This document shows positions 25,640-32,000 of a DNA stretch of 32,000 nt, piece after piece. A program made the translations under genes and the position numbers. The notes under the pieces are model-generated. The model searched no databases, was not told where the DNA came from, and saw nothing but the letters and a program-made list of their open reading frames with translations. The DNA is from Candidatus Thalassarchaeaceae archaeon. GTDB lineage: Archaea > Thermoplasmatota > Poseidoniia > Poseidoniales > Thalassarchaeaceae. Each line of letters opens with the position of its first letter. Positions within the stretch are counted from its first letter, which is position 1. The stretch lies in NCBI GenBank assembly GCA_045568075.1, contig JBJLBP010000001.1, positions 540,001 through 572,000 of the forward strand, given 5' to 3'.

Positions 25640-26372
25640 TCCATTCTCTTAGTTCTAGTAATTCATCCTCGCTCAGAATTTCATCAATTTTTCGAGGCTT
25701 ACTCGACCCAGGCGCTGGGACGAACAATATCCATCGGTGAGCCCCTGCATAATCCAGGTATCGATGTGAGATGTAGGACTCATCCAAGCCAAGAAATTCA
25801 CCTAGCATTTCTCCCGCATCTTCGCCTAAAACAAGCAGTACTTTAGCCGGAGATGATCGGATTATTCGTTCCAGCCATTGTTCAGCACATTTACTTGCAG
25901 CATCGCGAACTCCAATTCTACTTCGAGATTTACAGTGAACAATCTCTGTCAGTGTGTAATCGATTCCGGGTTTAGTTTCATGCCCGTAAATTCTATCCGA
26001 TTGTTTTCGAACCTCTGCCCAGTAACGAACTACCCTTTTTGCAAAATTAATACGATCTTTTTGAAGCACGTGAAGTCCTTTCTGAGTCCATCCATAATCT
26101 TCATCAAATCGGTTATTGAAGAAATCAATAATCCACGCGTCCTCCCATTCATCAGTAGGATAGGCCTCTGATTCATCGATAGATGGGTTTGACGCGATAA
26201 TCAATAATTTCGAATGACCTAAGTTTCCGGTCCAAGGTTCAGGGACTTGAAATTCATTTGAATTATTTTGAACAGATACAACAGAGTGGCAAGGATGATT
26301 TTTGTCTTGCATTGCAAATCTTACATTTGGACATTTACAAATATCGAGTAGGAGTTGCTCAACTTTGTCCAT
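25629..26372 (-). CDS. Hypothetical protein, possibly a divergent uracil-DNA-glycosylase-superfamily fold
   Basis: Visibly AT-richer than its neighbours. Candidate motifs: PEPWTGN..KLLIIASNPS (compare GINPG/GMNPGP motif 1), IVHCKSRS, and LFVPAPGSS near the C-terminus (compare HPSP/NPSG motif 2). N-terminal Cys/His cluster CKCPN...HPCH. ATG 26372 is preferred; GTG 26390 is the alternative. The functional call is weak. Confidence 0.45.
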   Translation of the reverse strand: MDKVEQLLLDICKCPNVRFAMQDKNHPCHSVVSVQNNSNEFQVPEPWTGNLGHSKLLIIASNPSIDESEAYPTDEWEDAWIIDFFNNRFDEDYGWTQKGLHVLQKDRINFAKRVVRYWAEVRKQSDRIYGHETKPGIDYTLTEIVHCKSRSRIGVRDAASKCAEQWLERIIRSSPAKVLLVLGEDAGEMLGEFLGLDESYISHRYLDYAGAHRWILFVPAPGSSKPRKIDEILSEDELLELREWINS

Positions 26373-26417
26373 GCCTTTTGCTATTCTCACGGCTCCAATG
26401 AAGTTTTGGTAACTAAA

Positions 26418-27302
26418 TCAAGCCGTTGCAACTTGGATGATGACGATCGTGTAGGTCCTCTCCCAGACATTCTGAGCCCAAGGGTCTCCTTCCTCTACCA
26501 GCTTGATCTTGATTTGATGTTCACCAGGCCCCATCGTTCCAAGGTCCCAAGCGACTCCGATGTCCTCAGAGTGGCCAATCACCTTCGGATTTCCACTCTT
26601 ATCCAGTCTTTCCCAAGCATCGACAGCGGCGAATGTAGCAATGTGATCAGTCTGCTCAGAGACCGTTCCATTAGCCAACTCCTCGACCATCGCCCCATGG
26701 AACCAATGACTCACAACGATGGTCGCACTAGCAGCATCCACATTGTCGCTAACAGCCATTCCAAGAGTCACATCTACTGTATTCTGATTCAATTCGATGG
26801 TGTAGGTGCCGCCTGTCCAAGCCACATCGACAACACCTTCAGTCTCAGCGATATCAATCCCGCCAGCCAGTGTCGGTGGAGCGATATCAGCTAGCGGCGG
26901 ATTAACCAGTAAGAAGGATACGGCGAGCCAGGTGAAAATATACAGAAAACTGGCTCGAAACCAATTACCTCTGTCATACCGGTCCGACCACTTGTCTGGA
27001 ATAATCAACCTGTGAAGTGTCGGCAGAAGTACCACGAGCATGAGAGGGAGGACCCAGAGAATCTTCTCGGGTTCAGTCAAGGTCGGCATCAAAACGTAAC
27101 GCATCAATAGTCCGACTGACAATCCAAGAGTAATCACCAACCACATCGAAAACGCGTCAGCCTTTTCCTTCTCAAGGGCGTCACCGGGCTGGAAAGGCTC
27201 GATTTTTCGGCTCTTCTTCTCTTCCTTATCATCGCCCGACCCACGCGCGCGCTTCTTGCCCGAATATGCGCTTGCGCGCAGAGCGGAATCGACGTCGACC
27301 AC
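26418..27302 (-). CDS. Membrane protein: basic N-terminus, 3 TM segments, beta-rich extracytoplasmic C-terminal domain; unknown function
   Basis: 294-aa ORF with a GTG start. KKRARGSGDDKEEKKSRK, then three hydrophobic helices, then about 170 aa of alternating beta-like sequence. Confidence 0.5.
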   Translation of the reverse strand: MVDVDSALRASAYSGKKRARGSGDDKEEKKSRKIEPFQPGDALEKEKADAFSMWLVITLGLSVGLLMRYVLMPTLTEPEKILWVLPLMLVVLLPTLHRLIIPDKWSDRYDRGNWFRASFLYIFTWLAVSFLLVNPPLADIAPPTLAGGIDIAETEGVVDVAWTGGTYTIELNQNTVDVTLGMAVSDNVDAASATIVVSHWFHGAMVEELANGTVSEQTDHIATFAAVDAWERLDKSGNPKVIGHSEDIGVAWDLGTMGPGEHQIKIKLVEEGDPWAQNVWERTYTIVIIQVATA

Positions 27303-27409
27303 GACTTGGCGACGCCCCGCCCCTCATCAAGGGTATGGGCGTCGTCGTACTCTATTCGCCACCGCGAGGACTGCAACGCTCAAATGGAGGCCGTCGGTGG
27401 CGCGGCATA

Positions 27410-27558
27410 GCCGGGGTGGCGTAGTTGGTAGCGCGTCGGACTCATAGGGTACAGTCGGCGGGGATTTTCCTGCCGATGCAATCGATGAGCGCACAAGCCT
27501 AACCGAAAATGTCTGAGACATCCGAAGGTCGCGGGTTCAAGTCCCGCTCCCGGCACCA
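27410..27558 (+). tRNA. Intron-containing tRNA with CAU anticodon (elongator Met, or Ile2 if C34 is agmatidinylated); CCA encoded
   Basis: Hand-folded cloverleaf. Acceptor GCCGGGG/TCCCGGC (one G-U). D arm GCGT-AGTTGGTA-GCGC. Anticodon stem TCGGA/TCCGA with loop CT-CAT-A|A. T arm GCGGG-TTCAAGT-CCCGC. Discriminator A plus CCA. G1:C72 and A31:U39 argue against an initiator. Confidence 0.9.
27447..27519 (+). other. 73-nt tRNA intron at canonical position 37/38 with hBHBh' splicing motif
   Basis: CTCA (nt 32-35) pairs with TGAG (27514-27517) to form the central 4-bp helix. It is flanked by 3-nt bulges TAg and aca. Internal 8-bp hairpin at 27455-27476. Confidence 0.75.
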
Positions 27559-27586
27559 AAATCTCAATCGATTCCAGTGGTAACAC

Positions 27587-28801
27587 TCAACTTTGGGCTA
27601 TGCCATTATTCGAGTTCAGCGCACTTCGTTTGGTCATCACCAACCAGAGAACCGAAGCACCAGCAATTAGCAAAGCGGGTATCATCGCATATTGCACATA
27701 TTCCCAACCGTAGGCGTGTAGTATTGCGCCTGAGCCGAAGGAAGCCACTGCTAACAAGCCAGACACAAAGAAATCGTTCAGACCTTGCACCTTCGCACGC
27801 TCCTCATCAGTGTGCGTTGTAGTCAACAGACTCGTCGCCCCGATGAACCCGAAATTCCATCCCAAACCAAGCGCGATTAGAGCCAGATAGAAATTCTCGA
27901 TTTCTGCACCGTTCGCCGCGATCGCACCAGCCAAAGCAATAATCACCAATCCGATACTTATCACCCGCACATGACCAATCCGCGCGATGATTGAACCGGT
28001 GAAGAAACTCGGAGCGAACATCGCTACAATGTGCCATCGAACCACGTCAGCAGCGATTGCCGTTGAGAAGTCATTCTGGGTCATGGCTAGGGTAGTCGAA
28101 GTCATCACGAGCGTCATCAAGGCGTAGGAAACCATTGCACAGATTACAGCTACGACGGTCGTTGGTTGCCGGAAAATATGCTTCAGTGGTCTACCTGTAT
28201 CACCGCCTTCCTCTTTCTGTGGGGGTTTCGGAATATCGAGGAAAAGCAATCCTAGTGAGCCCACGACATTGATCACCATCACTGTAAGGTAAGCTCCTGC
28301 ATAGGGTGTAGATCCGATTGCATCGGCCGTCTGTCGAACGATTTCAGGGCCGATGAAAGCACTGACTAATCCTCCAGCCAAAACCAGTGAAATTGCCTTT
28401 GGCTGGAACTCTTCAGAGGCTGTATCTGCTGCTGCGAATCGGTAGTATCCATGTGTTGATCTGAAGACTCCAGTGAATGCCGAACCGAGGAGCAGTACAT
28501 CGAACCGTCCGAGATATAGGGCGAGGGCGCTGAAGCCACCTCCAAGTAATCCCGCGCCCGCGCCAAGCAGAAATCCGCTTCGTCTCCCAAATCTTCCCAT
28601 AAACAGAGAAACCGGTCCGGCAAACAACATCGAGGTCACCATTGTGACTGTAATTGGTAATGTTGCCAGTGCTTTCGCACCAGCCAGAGCGAAGCCAGCA
28701 AGTCCTCCGAGGATTATGTTGACCGATCCTTGACTACCGAGTATCGCTTGAGCGTAGAATAGCACGATGACATTGCGCTTCGCCAGCTTGTCATCACTCA
28801 T
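27587..28801 (-). CDS. MFS transporter
   Basis: 404 aa, about 12 TM segments, MFS-like loop GRFGRRSGFLLG between TM2 and TM3. Confidence 0.8.
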   Translation of the reverse strand: MSDDKLAKRNVIVLFYAQAILGSQGSVNIILGGLAGFALAGAKALATLPITVTMVTSMLFAGPVSLFMGRFGRRSGFLLGAGAGLLGGGFSALALYLGRFDVLLLGSAFTGVFRSTHGYYRFAAADTASEEFQPKAISLVLAGGLVSAFIGPEIVRQTADAIGSTPYAGAYLTVMVINVVGSLGLLFLDIPKPPQKEEGGDTGRPLKHIFRQPTTVVAVICAMVSYALMTLVMTSTTLAMTQNDFSTAIAADVVRWHIVAMFAPSFFTGSIIARIGHVRVISIGLVIIALAGAIAANGAEIENFYLALIALGLGWNFGFIGATSLLTTTHTDEERAKVQGLNDFFVSGLLAVASFGSGAILHAYGWEYVQYAMIPALLIAGASVLWLVMTKRSALNSNNGIAQS

Positions 28802-28838
28802 TGATGACTCAGCGCAGGCTGAACCTCCATCAATGTGC

Positions 28839-28863
28839 TTCTCAAAATATCCGAATTTGAGAA
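28839..28863. repeat. Perfect 8-bp inverted repeat TTCTCAAA-n9-TTTGAGAA in the MFS/gatD divergent promoter region
   Basis: Read directly from the sequence. AT-rich and centred between two divergent genes. Confidence 0.4.
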
Positions 28864-28957
28864 AACTCTTCGACGCACATCCTAATCTCCAATCCTGCCC
28901 TGATTAACGGCTTCACTGTGCGTCGCATTCATGGAGTGAATCACATCCTGTCGCTTC

Positions 28958-30304
28958 ATGGGAGACTGGCCCAGCCCGTCGACGCCGGTTAAGGTGGTCG
29001 TCAAGACTTGGTCAGGGATGGTCGAACACGAAGGCCTGGCATTACCACCGGCGGGCCCGAAATTGGTGACGTTGAAGCTTGCAAATGGCTACAATGTGAG
29101 CTATCCCGAGTCTTACGTCGAATCGGTCGAAGTGCTCGATGATGTGCAGATTGCGGTCGCAGAAGAGGTCACCCACGAACCTCAGGACGATTCCCTCCCT
29201 CTCGTTCACCTAATCCACACTGGCGGGACAATCGCCAGCAAGGTGGATTATGCAACTGGAGCTGTAAGTGCTAGGTTCGAGCCACACGAGCTTCTCGATT
29301 CGGTACCTGAATTACGCTCAGTGGCTCGCCTTAGGGTGGTCAAGCTGGGCAATATGTGGTCTGATGATATTCGTCCGAGGCATTGGAATCGGATGTTACA
29401 GGCTACTGATGAGGCCTTTGCAGAGGGTGCTGTTGGCGTTGTGATTACTCATGGAACCGACACTTTGCATCTCAGTGCGGCGGCCATGGCCTATGGTTGG
29501 GCTGGGAATGGTGGACGACCACCGGGTCGAATCGTCGTGACAGGGTCACAGCGGTCACCTGACCGCGGTTCAAGCGATGCGGCTGAGAATCTAGTGGCTG
29601 CTGTTCATTGGGCGGCTCATGGGCCTGAACCTAACGGCTATCGGGATTCGAGTGTGGTTATTCTACACGCTGAATCCTCGGATGGGCGCTGTGCTGTTCT
29701 GCCCGGCGTTGCTTGCCGTAAGTACCACTCCTCGCGACGTGACGCGTTCAAGCCGATCAATCAGGGTCCACTGGCTTGGGTGAATAATGATGGTTCAGGA
29801 CCGAGCATCGAGATGGCTGAGCATGAACCAGCCGATGCTCGCGTTGAGGCGATTGCACCGATGCTTTTCGATGAGGATGTTCGAATCGCCCAATTCATCG
29901 CAGATGCTCATCTCCAACCAGAACTCGTGAAGGCAGGAATCGAGGGAGACTTCGATGCACTGCTCTTCCATGGAACCGGGCTCGGTCACCTACCTATTGC
30001 CGATCCACAGGAAGATTCCCAGGAGAATACGATACTTCGACTGATGCTCGAAGATTACTGTGCGAATGATGGCGTCGTGGTCGTAGTTGCACAAACGATT
30101 CATGGTGCGATGAACATGAATGTCTATGCCAAGGGACGCGAACAACAGGAGATGGGAATCATTGGTCACGGCTCGCTGTGTCCTCCGGGTTCTGCTCTAG
30201 TGAAGTTGCATCATCTGCTGAGCCGTGGCGATGGCCGTGAGGCTGTCGCCTCTGGTTGGATTCAGGATATCTGCGGCGAGAATCCGAACGACTCAATGGA
30301 GTAA
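28958..30304 (+). CDS. gatD: Glutamyl-tRNA(Gln) amidotransferase subunit D (archaeal GatD, asparaginase-like)
   Basis: N-terminal LKLANGYNVSYP domain and asparaginase motif HTGGTIASKVDYATGAV...ITHGTDTL. Confidence 0.9.
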   Translation: MGDWPSPSTPVKVVVKTWSGMVEHEGLALPPAGPKLVTLKLANGYNVSYPESYVESVEVLDDVQIAVAEEVTHEPQDDSLPLVHLIHTGGTIASKVDYATGAVSARFEPHELLDSVPELRSVARLRVVKLGNMWSDDIRPRHWNRMLQATDEAFAEGAVGVVITHGTDTLHLSAAAMAYGWAGNGGRPPGRIVVTGSQRSPDRGSSDAAENLVAAVHWAAHGPEPNGYRDSSVVILHAESSDGRCAVLPGVACRKYHSSRRDAFKPINQGPLAWVNNDGSGPSIEMAEHEPADARVEAIAPMLFDEDVRIAQFIADAHLQPELVKAGIEGDFDALLFHGTGLGHLPIADPQEDSQENTILRLMLEDYCANDGVVVVVAQTIHGAMNMNVYAKGREQQEMGIIGHGSLCPPGSALVKLHHLLSRGDGREAVASGWIQDICGENPNDSME

Positions 30305-30317
30305 TTGGAGGGTTCCG

Positions 30318-31406
30318 ATGGCCGGGCCTAACGATGTGTTTCGATTTTCACGTACGGATTCCGAGGTCCGCAACCGTGCGATTGTAGCGGCTATGACTAA
30401 CAAGCAGAGTCACGAAGATGGGTCACTTTCCGATGCCGAAATCGAGTGGTTGCGCAGGCGTGCCGAAGGCGGCTTCGGAATCGTCACCACGGCTGCTTCG
30501 CATGTGGTACGCGAGGGCCAAGGTTGGGACGGCGAGATGGGCGTTTGGGGAGACCACCAATTGCCTGGTCTGCGGCGGATGGCTGCCGGGATTCAGGCTC
30601 ATGGTGCGCTTTCTCTGGCGCAGATATTCCACGGTGGCATGCGCTGCCCACAACGCCTGACTGGGGTGCAGCCGGTTTCTGCGAGCGCGAATGAAACAAG
30701 CGACTCGGATTCGGGCACTACCCGCGAGTTGGAAGATGCTGAGGTGTCGGCACTCGTCGAGGCCTTTGCGGATGCCGCTGCGCGCTGCGAGAAGGCAGGC
30801 TTCGATGGTGTTGAGATTCACGGTGCCCACGGTTACCTCATCTGTCAATTCCTTGGCACCGGAACGAACCGGCGAACTGATCATTGGGGCGGTTCGTTGT
30901 CGAATCGCGCGCGCTTTCTGATGAAAATCATCGAGCGCGTACGAGATAAGACGGGCGAGGGCTTCCTCGTGGGAGTTCGAATCTCGCCCGAATATCGCAA
31001 GATTGGTGTGACTCTGGAAGATTCTCTCGACCTTACCGATATGCTTGCAGAGTCAGGGATTGACTTCCTTCACATCTCGTGTTGGGATTGCTTCGTTCCG
31101 TCTGCGCACTCCGAAGATCCTCGCATGCTCACCGAGATTTTCGCCGAGCGTCTTGCTAGGCGACTGCCTCTAATTTCGTGCGGTTCGGTCTGGTCAACAG
31201 CACAGGCGCAGGCGGTAATGGAACAGGGTGCGGACTTCGTCGCCGTAGCAAGATCTGCAATCGGTCATGCGGATTGGGCGAGTCATCTGGGTGATGCAGA
31301 TTACGACCCTCAGCGCCCGCCGTTCACTCCGGAGTATCTTGAATCTCAGGGCCTTAGTCCGAAGTTCGTAGATTACATGCGTGCGTGGCAAGGTTTTGTT
31401 GTCTGA
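30318..31406 (+). CDS. NADH:flavin oxidoreductase (Old Yellow Enzyme family)
   Basis: RRRAEGGFGIVTTAASHV...LAQIFHGGMR...GFDGVEIHGAHGYLICQFL...NRRTD.WGGS. GGAGG SD lies upstream of ATG 30318. The ORF-track start at 30225 overlaps gatD and is unlikely. Confidence 0.85.
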   Translation: MAGPNDVFRFSRTDSEVRNRAIVAAMTNKQSHEDGSLSDAEIEWLRRRAEGGFGIVTTAASHVVREGQGWDGEMGVWGDHQLPGLRRMAAGIQAHGALSLAQIFHGGMRCPQRLTGVQPVSASANETSDSDSGTTRELEDAEVSALVEAFADAAARCEKAGFDGVEIHGAHGYLICQFLGTGTNRRTDHWGGSLSNRARFLMKIIERVRDKTGEGFLVGVRISPEYRKIGVTLEDSLDLTDMLAESGIDFLHISCWDCFVPSAHSEDPRMLTEIFAERLARRLPLISCGSVWSTAQAQAVMEQGADFVAVARSAIGHADWASHLGDADYDPQRPPFTPEYLESQGLSPKFVDYMRAWQGFVV

Positions 31407-31467
31407 TTGACGATGAATCACTGATGCCGGCTCAATCTTTATCACCGGAGTGAGTCACTTCTCCAGT

Positions 31468-31908
31468 ATGGAAGTAGAAGGAACCCCTCAGATGACTGGC
31501 AGACCAACAGAACAGATTGGATTCGTTGATGCGGTAAAAAAGGCAGTGATTCACAACTATGCGAACTTCAACGGCCGAGCCTCTCGCTCCGAATACTGGT
31601 GGTGTCTATTGTTCGGTATTTGTATAGCCATTCCTGCAATGATTCTCGACGGGCTGACTGGAATCGTGCTCATTGACGCGGGCGCTGGTATCAGCTACGG
31701 CCCATTCTACGTACTCACCGGGCTGGGATTTTTGCTTCCTGGAATTTCTGTGATGGTTCGCAGGTTGCATGACTCAGGACGATCTGGATGGTGGTATTTC
31801 ATAGGGCTAGTTCCATGTGTTGGATTCATCATTTTGTTGGTATTTTTGGTACAAGATGGACAACCTCATCCTAACGATTACGGGGAAGTTCCCACAAATA
31901 CACTCTGA
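31468..31908 (+). CDS. DUF805-family inner-membrane protein
   Basis: NFNGRASRSEYWW...VRRLHDSGRSGWWYF signature and about 3-4 TM segments. The start is ATG 31468 or 31492. Confidence 0.75.
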   Translation: MEVEGTPQMTGRPTEQIGFVDAVKKAVIHNYANFNGRASRSEYWWCLLFGICIAIPAMILDGLTGIVLIDAGAGISYGPFYVLTGLGFLLPGISVMVRRLHDSGRSGWWYFIGLVPCVGFIILLVFLVQDGQPHPNDYGEVPTNTL

Positions 31909-32000
31909 GTATATTCAGCCGCTTCGATGAAAGACCGCGAGCGGTTTGGAGCGTATCATGGCTGGCGCATCGCACTCCGATGACTTGGATGCGATGCGCC

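Noticed and set aside
27475-27516. Box C/D guide RNA inside the tRNA intron (GATGC, GATGA, CTGA).
   Set aside because: The sequence upstream of CTGA (aaccgaaaatgt) is not complementary to the anticodon arm or anything else I could see in the window. CTGA also overlaps the TGAG strand of the BHB helix. Kept only as a caveat in the tRNA finding.
25629-27558. Integrated mobile element using the tRNA gene as attachment site.
   Set aside because: There is no integrase, transposase or recombinase gene. I did not spot a direct repeat of the tRNA 3' end. The odd-composition genes lie 5' of the tRNA rather than 3'. Only the AT-rich composition of 25629-26390 remains as a hint of horizontal transfer.
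31964-32000. Perfect 11-bp inverted repeat GGCGCATCGCA-n15-TGCGATGCGCC at the window edge.
   Set aside because: It lies just after an ATG (31958) that may open a gene continuing beyond the window, and it is truncated by the window boundary, so it cannot be interpreted.
1-32000. CRISPR arrays, rRNA genes, other tandem repeats.
   Set aside because: No regularly spaced direct repeats and no non-coding gaps over 220 nt were seen. Coding density leaves no room for such elements.

Overview
Dense, gene-packed chromosomal segment of about 36 genes on both strands, clearly archaeal. Evidence: PCNA, TFS, a Nop5-fibrillarin operon, the RFC small subunit, GatD, and a tRNA with a canonical bulge-helix-bulge intron. 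These sit among many bacterial-type metabolic, repair and transport genes: Fpg, SMUG1-type UDG, IcmF-type B12 mutase, acyl-CoA synthetase, SlyD, and APC, MFS and LysE transporters. That mix, with roughly 50-55% GC judged by eye, fits a planktonic heterotrophic euryarchaeote such as Marine Group II/III, but this is a low-confidence inference. I saw no CRISPR array, rRNA, transposase, integrase or obvious prophage. Several genes carry a TATA-like box about 24-32 nt upstream of the ATG, suggesting leaderless or short-leader mRNAs. Genes inside operons have GGTGA/GGAGG Shine-Dalgarno-like sites or ATGA overlaps. The best candidate for an undescribed system is the tightly coupled operon at 17785-20318. 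It encodes a histidine-complete LigB-type extradiol dioxygenase, a degenerate LigB paralog that has lost those histidines, and a RidA-family deaminase with an unusual acidic plus glycine-zipper N-terminal extension. This resembles AmnB/AmnA/AmnD, but the rest of that pathway is absent. The operon is flanked by membrane and lipid-headgroup enzymes: a PAP2_3/IPC-synthase-like fusion and a PI-PLC-like lipoprotein. Other points worth a second look: an AT-rich gene for a divergent UDG-fold-like protein overlapping the RFC 3' end; an APC permease fused to an EF-hand pair; a tandem triplication of small 2-TM proteins; and a tRNA(CAU) with a 73-nt structured intron. All functional calls rest on motif recognition by eye. 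No database search was run.
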